64,000 nt of DNA from an uncultured Verrucomicrobiota bacterium (GTDB taxonomy: Bacteria > Verrucomicrobiota > Kiritimatiellia > RFP12 > UBA1067), in contig CAMZEN010000009.1 in assembly GCA_947305775.1 (NCBI GenBank), positions 2,785-66,784 of the forward strand, given 5' to 3'. Below are positions 1 to 9,400 of this stretch, piece by piece. Position 1 is the stretch's first letter, and each line of letters starts with the position of its first letter. A model generated the notes under the pieces. It saw only the letters and a program-made list of their open reading frames with translations, was not told where the DNA came from and did no database searches. Made by a program: the position numbers and the translations under genes.

Positions 1-46
1 ACAATCCGCTTATTACGACGATTACGATAAAGCCCTGTATTTTTAC

Positions 47-529
47 ATGGTAGAGACGGACAAGGACATCACTGCGTTTTTTAATCGGGTGTTGAGTGTA
101 ATCAAAGATGGGTATGATCCGGCAACAATTCCCGCTTTCCCTTCGGAAAATCAGTTTAAAAAGTATAGTTATTTATTGTCCATGCGCCGTTTCCCAAAAG
201 CAGTGCAAAAATGGGTGTTTAATGGTACAACAGATTGGGGGGATTGTTGCTCGATTGAATCTATTGGACAAGAAGATTGGCCGTATAGCCAAATTCATGT
301 GCTGTTTCAGGCGCATCTAAAGCGGAGCGGAGGAGATATGACGAAGAAAGGATGGATCGGCTTGGAATATGGCAGAGATGATACGACACATGAACTCCTC
401 GCCCCTAAATGTTACTTGTCTTTTGATGGTAAGTCTACGTCAGAAGTGGATCCTCCGAAAGATGATTGGGCTTCATGGGCGAGTGGCATACGGCAAAAAA
501 TGTTTGATAAACTCAAAGAGAGTGAATGA
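47..529 (+). CDS. Hypothetical protein, AT-rich, possibly starting upstream of the window
   Basis: 160-aa ORF, visibly lower GC than downstream genes; no recognised motif. Confidence 0.55.
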   Translation: MVETDKDITAFFNRVLSVIKDGYDPATIPAFPSENQFKKYSYLLSMRRFPKAVQKWVFNGTTDWGDCCSIESIGQEDWPYSQIHVLFQAHLKRSGGDMTKKGWIGLEYGRDDTTHELLAPKCYLSFDGKSTSEVDPPKDDWASWASGIRQKMFDKLKESE

Positions 530-599
530 GCAGTGACTCCAAGAATTTTCTTGCATTTTGACAAAGAATTACACCGGAGAATTTGATATAATTACCATC

Positions 600-1181
600 A
601 TGAAACTTCACTTGCTGCCGATCGTTCTTTTGCCTGCAATCGCCGGATGCCTTGGCGCAGCCCCCAAGGCGCCCAGGAATTGGGTGGTGGATTTGTCCGC
701 GCCGGTTTCGGCAGCCGCTTCAGAAGCTTCCGCTGAGGCACCGTCGGTCAAGCTTTTGCAGCTTGAGGTTCTTGCGCCATATGGCGGAACGAGGTTGGCC
801 GTTCTCCGTGGCGACGGCTCTGTTGCGTTCGATGCGTTTAACTCATTTGCCGCCCAGCCGTCTGCTTTGCTGAAGGGCGCGGCATTTGATGTCGTTGAAT
901 CGAGCGGAGTGTTTTCGCGCACTGTCAGGCCCGGGTCTTCGGCCTCCGCAGATTTTTCGCTTGAGATTACGGTTACGCGCATTGCGCTGGACTGCCGCGA
1001 AAAGGGGCGGCTCGACGCGTCTGTCGCATTGGCCATGACCCTTGTAGGCGGGCGCAAGGTTTTCTCGACGTCAAGGGGGGAGGCGTCCGTGCAGGTTGAA
1101 GGCGGGGACTATTCCTACGCATTCTCAAAGTCGTTTGAACGGGCTGCGCTCGAGGCCCTTCGCGCACTCAAGACGAGATGA
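600..1181 (+). CDS. ABC-type transport auxiliary lipoprotein (PqiC-like)
   Basis: Lipobox-like LLPAIAGC after ATG 600; first gene of an MlaE/F/D-type operon; TATAAT at 587-592 supports the 600 start. Confidence 0.7.
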   Translation: MKLHLLPIVLLPAIAGCLGAAPKAPRNWVVDLSAPVSAAASEASAEAPSVKLLQLEVLAPYGGTRLAVLRGDGSVAFDAFNSFAAQPSALLKGAAFDVVESSGVFSRTVRPGSSASADFSLEITVTRIALDCREKGRLDASVALAMTLVGGRKVFSTSRGEASVQVEGGDYSYAFSKSFERAALEALRALKTR

Positions 1182-1969
1182 AGATTTTCGCTTCCATAGG
1201 CCGTGGCTGGGTTGAAGGTGTCGCCAGCTTCAGCGCCGCGCTTTCGGTCCTCGGCGAGACGGTCTGCGAAGCGGCTGCGCTGCCGTTCCACCCTAAGCGA
1301 TTCCGGTTTGGCGATTGCATGATCGCCTTTCAACGGGCGGCGTTCGACGGTCTTCCCATCTGCACGGGCATAGGCTTTCTGCTCGGGCTCATCCTTGCGT
1401 TTGAGTCGGCTGCCGCGCTCCGCACTTTTGGCGTAGAGTCGTATGTAGCGAACCTTCTTGCGATAGGGCTGTTTCGCGAACTCGGCCCGATCATTACGGC
1501 GATCGTGCTTGCGGGACGTTCCGGCAGCGCGTTTGCCGCGGAGATTGGCACGATGAAGGTGGACGAAGAGCTTGACGCGCTTTCGACCATGGGGCTGCCG
1601 CCCGTCAGGTTCCTGATTCTTCCGCGAACATTTGCTGCTGTCATGGCGATGCCGATACTCACCATATTCGTCGAGCTTGCCGGACTTGTCGGCGGGGCGA
1701 TAGTCCTTAAGCTCATGGATATCCCTGGCGCGGTCTTTTGGGGTAACGTAGCGGCTACGACAACCATATTCATGATTGTGTTCGGCCTTGCGAAGTCGGT
1801 CTTCTTCGGCTTGCTGGTTGGTTTCGTCGGTTGCTGTGCTGGCATGCGCACGAAGTCCACCGCCGATGGCGTCGGGGTCGCGGCCACTTCGGCTGTGGTC
1901 GGCGGGATAGTGGCCGTCGCCGTGTCGGACGGCATAATCGCCGTCATATGCCATTTCTGGGGAGTGTGA
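1178..1969 (+). CDS. mlaE: MlaE-family ABC transporter permease
   Basis: Motifs RELGPIITAIVLAGRSGSAFAAEIGTMKVDEELDAL and GVGVAATSAVV. Confidence 0.92.
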   Translation: MKIFASIGRGWVEGVASFSAALSVLGETVCEAAALPFHPKRFRFGDCMIAFQRAAFDGLPICTGIGFLLGLILAFESAAALRTFGVESYVANLLAIGLFRELGPIITAIVLAGRSGSAFAAEIGTMKVDEELDALSTMGLPPVRFLILPRTFAAVMAMPILTIFVELAGLVGGAIVLKLMDIPGAVFWGNVAATTTIFMIVFGLAKSVFFGLLVGFVGCCAGMRTKSTADGVGVAATSAVVGGIVAVAVSDGIIAVICHFWGV

Positions 1970-1970
1970 C

Positions 1971-2711
1971 ATGGATGACGCGGTAATAGAACTCAGCCAT
2001 GTCGACGCAGGGTATCCCGGCGAGGTGATTCTCAAGGATGTCTCGTTCGAGATTCGCCGCGGCGAGATATTCATACTGCTTGGCGGATCGGGCTGCGGGA
2101 AGTCCACGATAATGAAGCACATGATCGGGCTGAATCCCGTGCTCGCGGGCACCTTGACCGTCGCCGGGCAGAAGTGGACGCAGAAGACGCGCGCGGCGCT
2201 TTGCCGCAAGATCGGCGTAATGTACCAGAGCGGCGCGCTCTTCGGGTCCATGACATGCCTTGAGAACGTATTGCTGCCGCTTGACGAGTTCTCGGGCCTG
2301 AAGCGCCGCGACCGCATCAAGAAGGCGAAGTCGCTTCTGGCCGATGTGGAGCTTCTGGACGCCGCCGACAAGATGCCGTCCGAGATATCCGGCGGAATGC
2401 GCAAGCGCGTGGCGATAGCGCGGGCGATGGCGCTTGATCCGGAGGTCGTGTTCCTTGACGAGCCGAGCGCCGGTCTGGACCCGATAACGTCGTCGTCGCT
2501 TGACGACCTGATTCTGCGCCTAAGGCGCGAAAGGGGAATGACGTTCGTGGTCGTTTCACACGAGCTGCCCAGCATATTCAAGATAGCCGACCGCTGCGCG
2601 ATGTTCGACAAGGCGCGGCGTGCCATGATCGCGCTGGGAACGCCGGAGGAGCTTCGAAACGGGTCGGACGACGAATTCGTCCGCAGATTCTTCAATAGAG
2701 GGGAGGCATAG
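1971..2711 (+). CDS. mlaF: MlaF-family ABC transporter ATP-binding protein
   Basis: Walker A GGSGCGKS, signature ISGGMRKRVAIARA, Walker B VFLDEPSAGLDP, H-loop VSHE. Confidence 0.92.
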   Translation: MDDAVIELSHVDAGYPGEVILKDVSFEIRRGEIFILLGGSGCGKSTIMKHMIGLNPVLAGTLTVAGQKWTQKTRAALCRKIGVMYQSGALFGSMTCLENVLLPLDEFSGLKRRDRIKKAKSLLADVELLDAADKMPSEISGGMRKRVAIARAMALDPEVVFLDEPSAGLDPITSSSLDDLILRLRRERGMTFVVVSHELPSIFKIADRCAMFDKARRAMIALGTPEELRNGSDDEFVRRFFNRGEA

Positions 2712-2712
2712 G

Positions 2713-3510
2713 ATGGCAAACGACAATAAACCAAAATACGCCCGCATAGGTTTCGTTGTTCTGTTGGGAGTGCTGGCTATTGCCGGCGCGTTGGTGTACT
2801 TGGGCGGCTTTGAGCGCAGCGACATGGAGTATCTGGTAGAGTCATACTACGACAAGCCGGTGAGCGGGCTTTCCGTAGGCAGCACGGTGAACTTTCGCGG
2901 CGTGAAGATCGGCGAAGTGCGCGACATAATGATGGTCCGGCCGCGCTCCGAAGACTTCGCCGTAGCCGACATACAGCGCATACGAATGCTCCTTTCGCTG
3001 GATCTTCGCCGCATGGGGCACAGGTCCCGTCCAGACGAGGACGAGATACGCCGCATGATGGAGCGCTATGTTGAACACGGCATGCGGGCCACCGTTTCCG
3101 CAAGCGGTGTTACGGGCCTTTCGCGCATCGAGCTAAACATGGTCGCCGACCCGCCTCCAGTCGCGCAGCTTTCGTGGAAACCCCGCCATGTGGTGATACC
3201 TCCTGCGCCGTCCTTGATGGAAGGCTTCGCCGACGCCGCCACCAGGGTGATGAACCAGATGAACAAGATGGACTTCGGGTCTGTGTGGAGTAATGTCCAG
3301 AGCATAGCCGAATCGACCGCACACCTCACCGCCAACGTTGATTCGCTCGTCGAGGGGCAGCGCGCCAATGTAGGCTCCATAGTGAACAGCGTGAATGACG
3401 CCGCAGAAAGACTGGGCGAGTTTGTGCGGCGCCTTGAGGAAAACCCTTCGCTGCTGTTGCGGCCTGCCGATCCCGATCCGCTCCCGGAGACATCTGGTCA
3501 ATACCGTTGA
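2713..3510 (+). CDS. mlaD: MlaD/MCE-family protein
   Basis: N-terminal TM, MCE motif VSGLSVGSTVNFRGVKIGEV, C-terminal LEENPSLLL. Confidence 0.85.
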   Translation: MANDNKPKYARIGFVVLLGVLAIAGALVYLGGFERSDMEYLVESYYDKPVSGLSVGSTVNFRGVKIGEVRDIMMVRPRSEDFAVADIQRIRMLLSLDLRRMGHRSRPDEDEIRRMMERYVEHGMRATVSASGVTGLSRIELNMVADPPPVAQLSWKPRHVVIPPAPSLMEGFADAATRVMNQMNKMDFGSVWSNVQSIAESTAHLTANVDSLVEGQRANVGSIVNSVNDAAERLGEFVRRLEENPSLLLRPADPDPLPETSGQYR

Positions 3511-3584
3511 CACGATTACCCTGACCATCCCAGGGCTTTACTTGGCGGTCGGCGCTGCTCTGCTGCGCACCCAGCGCACCAAAG

Positions 3585-3673
3585 TAGGGGGTAGTTTGGG
3601 CATAAAATAGTGGGTATTTTACATGTAAAGTAGTGGGTATTTTGGGTGTAAAATAGGGGGTGTTTTGTGGTGT
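3585..3673. repeat. Degenerate 23-bp tandem repeat, about 4 units
   Basis: Units start at 3585, 3608, 3631 and 3654: TAGGGGGTAGTTTGGGCATAAAA / TAGTGGGTATTTTACATGTAAAG / TAGTGGGTATTTTGGGTGTAAAA / TAGGGGGTGTTTTGTGGTGT. Confidence 0.85.
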
Positions 3674-3750
3674 GCCCTCGGCATCGCTTGGCTGTGCCTT
3701 GCGCATCACACTTGTCGCACGCGCTAATCTGTGGTATAATGGCTCTTGCT

Positions 3751-4593
3751 ATGAAAAAAAGATCACTTAATGCTCCGCGGCGGATAAGTAAATGTCCCGT
3801 GCTTACTCGTGAGGACGCTTTGATGGACGCAAGAGACATCCGTCTGCAGGACGGCATACCTTTTCATCCTATTCCCTGTGGTGGCAGTGGAGAGAAGCAC
3901 TACTACCGTCTTGAGCTGAAGAACTCCAGCGACAGCATTGTCGGACTCGGCGCACTTGAGGACCGTTTGCGCGTGGCGGGGCTGAACCTGCGCGTCAGCG
4001 CGGTGGAGAACATCCTCAACACGCTTCTCGACGTCCTTCCTGCCTATATTGCGGAGACGGGGCATTCCGTCCGCATAGGAAACCTCGTGACTCTCAAGCC
4101 CTATGCGACGGGGACCCTTGCCCACGCGAACGACGCGGCGGATCCGGAGAAGAACCACCTGGAGATACGCGCCACGGTAACTCCCGCGCTTCGCTACGCG
4201 CTTTCGCGGGCGCGCCTCGTCAACGTAAACCGCCCGACGGACGGCATAGACCATGTCTCAGGCGGACCGGATGGAGGAAATTGCAAGATCGACGAGGTAC
4301 ACGATACAATAGTCACAGGTTACGGCATCTACCTTCCAGAGCAGACGTTCGATGCGGAGGGTGCTAAGGGACGCGCCTGGCTGGAGACGCTGGAAGGGGA
4401 AAAGATCGGGCGGTTCGACGTGGTGGTTTCGAGCGATTCGTTTCTCCAGCTTCGTCTGCACCTCGACGCGGCGGACAAACCACACCCCAGAGACTGCCGA
4501 TTCGTCATTGAGACCTACGGCACATCGGCTGCGGCGGAATCCGGCACAGCGCCGTTACTCTCCTATCGCCGCAATGTCTGGCTGGTTGGATAG
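3751..4593 (+). CDS. HU/IHF-like DNA-binding domain protein with C-terminal extension
   Basis: Segment ILNTLLDVLPAYIAETGHSVRIGNLVTLKPYATG resembles HU-like proteins; extended -10 TGGTATAAT at 3732-3740; start uncertain. Confidence 0.55.
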   Translation: MKKRSLNAPRRISKCPVLTREDALMDARDIRLQDGIPFHPIPCGGSGEKHYYRLELKNSSDSIVGLGALEDRLRVAGLNLRVSAVENILNTLLDVLPAYIAETGHSVRIGNLVTLKPYATGTLAHANDAADPEKNHLEIRATVTPALRYALSRARLVNVNRPTDGIDHVSGGPDGGNCKIDEVHDTIVTGYGIYLPEQTFDAEGAKGRAWLETLEGEKIGRFDVVVSSDSFLQLRLHLDAADKPHPRDCRFVIETYGTSAAAESGTAPLLSYRRNVWLVG

Positions 4594-4812
4594 CGGCTTC
4601 AAATCTGAGAACGCCCGACTTCATTGCCAGCTGTGGTTTCCGCTTTGCATCCGCAAAGCATTCCTCACAATGCTATAGTTTGATTTCAGAGGGCATATCT
4701 CGTCGTGTGGGACCCTTGAACCCAGCTGGTTGATTTTTTCTCCTTGCGCACTTGCCCACAATTATGATATAGTAGTCTCAATGCTTGGGAGAGGAGTACT
4801 CTTCAGGCAAGT

Positions 4813-4931
4813 ACAAGAATGACGAAAGCCAATAAAATCAGGCGTTTCAGCGCCATTGGCTCGCTATGCATGGCATGGCGTGTATGCTCGCACACCCTCG
4901 CAACCCGCCGCACGGCAGAAGGGAGGGCGGC
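4813..4931 (+). repeat. 119-bp leader repeat, copy 1
   Basis: Identical to 5696-5814; ends just after GGGAGG, directly before GTG 4932. Confidence 0.95.
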
Positions 4932-5498
4932 GTGAGTATAAAGGATAATATCAAAGGCCGCCAGTCGGGCGGCGAGATTGTGAAGTTTGAGGAACAGGGG
5001 TTGCCGACACTGGATGTTTGGCTGGAGGATGAGACGGTTTGGCTTACCCAGAAACAGATGGCTCGTCTTTTTGCCTGTTCAGATGAGAACATTCGTCAGC
5101 ATGTCAAAAATATATATGCAGACAATGAATTGGAGGAAAAGGCAACTTCCAAGGATTTCTTGGAAGTTCGACAGGAAGGTGCTCGTCGAGTTACGCGAAA
5201 ATTCGCATATTACAATCTCGATTTGATTATTTCGGTAGGATTCCGGGTTAATACCAAGAATGGTATTAAGTTTCGCCAGTGGGCAACTGCTGTATTGAAA
5301 GAATATCTTCTGCGCGGCAGTGTTCGAGATCAGCGGCTTGGCAAGCTTGAAAAGCGAATGGATGCTGCCGAACGCGCGATTGATACGATTATTTACACTC
5401 TTACCCCGGCATTGCCCGATAATCGCCGTCGCATCGGCTTTGGTGCGGACGAAGAAGTCGCACCGTCCAAGCCCTACGCAAAAGCAAAAAGAATTTAA
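4932..5498 (+). CDS. RhuM-family (virulence RhuM-like) DNA-binding protein
   Basis: Motifs ETVWLTQKQMARLF, YNLDLIISVGFRVN, FRQWATAVLKEYL; SD GGGAGG before GTG 4932. Confidence 0.85.
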   Translation: MSIKDNIKGRQSGGEIVKFEEQGLPTLDVWLEDETVWLTQKQMARLFACSDENIRQHVKNIYADNELEEKATSKDFLEVRQEGARRVTRKFAYYNLDLIISVGFRVNTKNGIKFRQWATAVLKEYLLRGSVRDQRLGKLEKRMDAAERAIDTIIYTLTPALPDNRRRIGFGADEEVAPSKPYAKAKRI

Positions 5499-5695
5499 CC
5501 ACACACTTTTTTGCGCGCAGCGTTTGTGTAGCCCCCTCCAACTCCTAACTCCAACTCTCCCATCTTCTGCGCCTCTCGCTCCTCTGCGCCTCTGCGTTAA
5601 AAATTTCCCCATTAAAAATTTCACCATTGACGGCGCACGCCGAATTATGCTATTATGGCTCCGACGCTTGGGAGAGGTGAACTCCTCGGCGACAG

Positions 5696-5814
5696 ACAAG
5701 AATGACGAAAGCCAATAAAATCAGGCGTTTCAGCGCCATTGGCTCGCTATGCATGGCATGGCGTGTATGCTCGCACACCCTCGCAACCCGCCGCACGGCA
5801 GAAGGGAGGGCGGC
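5696..5814 (+). repeat. 119-bp leader repeat, copy 2
   Basis: Identical to 4813-4931; precedes ATG 5818. Confidence 0.95.
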
Positions 5815-5817
5815 ATA

Positions 5818-6150
5818 ATGGCGACGAAACATATATTCGAGACAGAGGAGGTCAAGTCATTCGTCGCGAAGATGTCGAAAGCCTCTCAGCGCAAGTATGA
5901 TGTTGCATTGCAGACGCTTAGGGCAGAAGGTCGGCTTAGATATCCGCTTGGCGAAAAAGTTTCTGGGTACAGTAATTTGTTCGCGATAAGGATTGTAACC
6001 TCAGATAACGAGCGAATGTTTTATTGCTATGCGCTTGAAGATTTGGTAATCATACTTCATGCATATCAAAAGAAGACACAAAAGATTCCTATCTCAGAGG
6101 TGCATAAGGCACTTGCTGTCAGAGATGAATTGTTGGGAGGTGCGTCATGA
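5818..6150 (+). CDS. RelE/ParE (Gp49/HigB-like) toxin
   Basis: Motifs LFAIRI..RMFY and IILHAYQKKTQKIP; toxin-first order overlapping the next gene (ATGA). Confidence 0.8.
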   Translation: MATKHIFETEEVKSFVAKMSKASQRKYDVALQTLRAEGRLRYPLGEKVSGYSNLFAIRIVTSDNERMFYCYALEDLVIILHAYQKKTQKIPISEVHKALAVRDELLGGAS

Positions 6151-6425
6151 AACTTAAAGTGACTGAGGCAATGAGGAAAAGCATGGCCGAAACAGAGGCT
6201 AGGCTTGACGAGGCGATGAAAGATCCTTCGTTCCGGGCTGAAGTGGATGCTATCAAGGCGCAGTATGCGGCAATGGATATTGTTGAAACGGTTCTCCGTT
6301 CTGCGAAGCGGAAGATTGATGCGTTCAGGAAGAACTATCATAGAGATTTTGTTGTGACCGTTTCTATTGATGACGAACTCTACAGACCAGCGGAGTTCTC
6401 GTCGAGAGAATTGGCATTCGCCTAA
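6147..6425 (+). CDS. Putative antitoxin (HigA-like N-terminus, no obvious HTH)
   Basis: Coupled to the toxin; MKDPSFRAEVD resembles the N-terminus of HigA-like antitoxins. Confidence 0.55.
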   Translation: MKLKVTEAMRKSMAETEARLDEAMKDPSFRAEVDAIKAQYAAMDIVETVLRSAKRKIDAFRKNYHRDFVVTVSIDDELYRPAEFSSRELAFA

Positions 6426-6470
6426 CCACCCTTTACCCACACTCTAACATATAACTAAGGAAACAAAAAC

Positions 6471-9400
6471 ATGAAAAGAATGAAAGAAACGATAGGGCGT
6501 CTTGCCGCGGGTAGTCTGCGGTGGGCGGCTTTGGCAGTTGCTATCGGTCTCGCCGGTAGCGCATGGGCGGCGACGGCACCAAGTATAACTGTTGACGGTG
6601 CCAATGTCACAGTACATAACGACAATGGAACCCAATGGGATAATGCCGGCATCAACACCATGAGCTCGTATCAAGATACGACGTTCACAATCCCAAGCGG
6701 CACAGATCTTGCCGCTGGTACGAAAGTTCTTGTTTCGACCATATCCATTGGCGCATCTTCTTCGCAACCTGGCAATCTACCGGCAAAGTTGTCGCTAACC
6801 GTTGGTGGTACTACGTACGTGTCGAAGACTGCCACTGTTACCGCCGGGGGATTCACATCTTCTGGTAAGAATAAGCATACGTATTCATTTGATGGCAAGT
6901 ATTGCATTCTTACCGTAGACACGGCTGCAAGTTTAAAGTGGATAAATGAAGATGGCTCTGAATTGCAGGGGTTTGCGGCATTTGGCCTTGTTAAAGATGG
7001 TCATCAGTTCATAACCAGAATTAAATGGAGTACATCTGTCCCCGTGACTGAAGTGACCGGCAAGATTGTCACGGTTGCAACTGGCGCCCTGACAGACATA
7101 TATAATACAGACACCACTCCGAAGTGCCTTCAGGATGCCACAGGGTGGATTTCGACGGCTACGGCTAGCACTGGTGAGATAATCTTGTTGAATGGTTCGA
7201 ATGGCTACGGCCTTCGCCTGACTAATGGAAACTCGCTGAGAGATAACTCTCGCAATACTTTTTCTGTTTGGCCGAAGCTTTCTGGCAATGGCACCCTTAC
7301 GACAGGCGACAACAACTGGCAGACCCCCGCGTTGAAGATTTATGATGCTTCTGATTTCACCGGCAGCATCAATGCAAGTGCTGGCAATATCTATTTGGCA
7401 GTTATTTTCTGTGCTGAGAATGATACATTCTCGCCGAGTGTTTACGAAGAGATTGGCAGTAAGTCAGGTCTCATCTACATTAAGTCTGGAACATCGGTTA
7501 CGGTTGCCGAGGGTGCGACATGGACTGCTGTTAATGGCATTGTGAACAAGGGTAGTCTCACCGTCAATGGCACGGTTGCGAGCGCGATCAGCAACGTTGG
7601 TGGTACGGTCACCGTCAATGGCACGGTTGCGAGCGCGATCAGCAACGTTGGTGGTACGGTCACCGTCAACGCAGGTGCGACACTAGCGTCCTTTGGTTCT
7701 GTGCGCGACTTCACTGGTTTCGCAATCGATTCTTCCGTTCCGGTCAAGGTTACCATGTCCGAAGAGGAATATGGCAAGGGATTGCTTAGCATTTCAGGCG
7801 CAAGCGGGATTTCGTCCATCACCGTACTCGCCCCTGACGGTACTACGGTAGTGACTACGCTCACTCCTGAAAATGGAGCGGCCGCATATAATAGAGGAAC
7901 CGTTCTTGTTTCTGGTAAGGCCTGCTGGTGCGATTATGAGATGGATTATGAGAGTGGAATTGCGAGCAAGACAGGCTTCCAGAATACAGGTACGGAATCA
8001 ACAGGTTTGCATGAAGATAGCAGCATTAATGGTGACAACGCATTTTACAATGGAATGCTTTATACCTACGCACATCCTTACCGCGACCCCATAACATATC
8101 CAAGCGACGGCAATTGGACTGCTGTTGTCCGTTGTACTGTGCCTGCATACGAGAACGCGGCGGTTATTACTTTCGGAACGAGGGGCGGTGGTCTTATAGG
8201 TCTCGTGGCCGGTGCAGATCCTGAGACGCAGATGCGCCTTGTCCAGACAACCGGAAATAGCCACTTTATAACAAACGCTACAATGACGGTGCAGAACGCG
8301 ACCACTGCGCAGCATGTGTACATCTTTTCAGTCGAGAATAACCAGACTGTGAAGGTCTATTGCGATGGCGATTTGGTTCTCAACAAGACGTTCGATTCGC
8401 AGTTTTCGATTGGCAACGGTCTCCAGATAGGTTCCGTATGTGGTGGCGTTGGAGCAACCGGAATCATCCGCTTTGCGAAGGGAGAATCCCCTGCCAACAC
8501 GCTCAGTGAGACGGTGCAGAAAAACGCCCGCATTGATTGTGTCAGGCTGTACAATTATATTATCAGCCCCGAACAGGTAGCACAGCTGTCCGTTGAGTTC
8601 CCGGCCGTGAAGCTCTATCGCGCGACGGTCGCGGGCGGTGCGACGACGGACTGGGGTTCGCTTACCTGGACTCCCGGTTGGGATGGCGGCAATACCTCTT
8701 CCAAGATCATCCTTACAGTGGAGGGCGATGCAGCGCTGACGCTTACCAACTCCATTACAGCAGACGAATTCGTGATTAATGTGCCTTCGGACAATGTCCT
8801 TACGCTGTCCAAGTTTGCAAGTGGTACGACCCTTAATGTGACTAAGCCTATTGAGGTCTCTGGTGGTACGGTATATTTTAATCCTGGCTTTAACAACTCC
8901 ATTGGACTAGGAGATCTTAACTTTGGAGGTACAGGTACGGTTCGACTTGGCAATGGCATTATTGTAACAGAGAACATCAGTGGTGCGGCAAGTGTGGAAT
9001 TGCTTTCAGGGGTTTCTGCCATCATTTATGGTGGGGCGATTTCAAATCCTCTAAAAGGTGTCGGATTGCTTGACTATACCTATGATTCGCTGCCAAGCGG
9101 ACTTTCGTTCGGTGATTGGACAGGAACAGTCAGGCTGCCTGAATTCACGGCCGATGCATTGAACCTTAACAACTACGGTAAGTCTGGCTCGACTGTTGAG
9201 ATTATGGCCATTAACGGCGGTTGGATTGCCGAGGCAGGAAAGACCGTTGCACCGACGCTCAAACTGAGCGGTAACATGACGATTAATGCGATGTCTTCCT
9301 GGACATACACCTTCGCCGAGATTACTGGCGGCGGCAATCTCTCGTTCTCGACGAGCGCTAATTCGCCGACCGTCAACATCACTAAGGTTGCGGAAGGATA

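Noticed and set aside
1115..2734. Long antisense ORFs (also 12720-14327, 17053-19092, 35125-36621)
   Set aside because: Shadow frames of well-supported genes in GC-rich DNA, with no motifs
3585..3673. Possible CRISPR array
   Set aside because: Units are contiguous and degenerate with no unique spacers, and no cas operon is present
4866..4931. Shared N-terminal peptide MHGMACMLAHPRNPPHGRREGG on the ORFs at 4866 and 5749
   Set aside because: Arises from the repeated leader; the SD GGGAGG and family homology point to starts at 4932 and 5818
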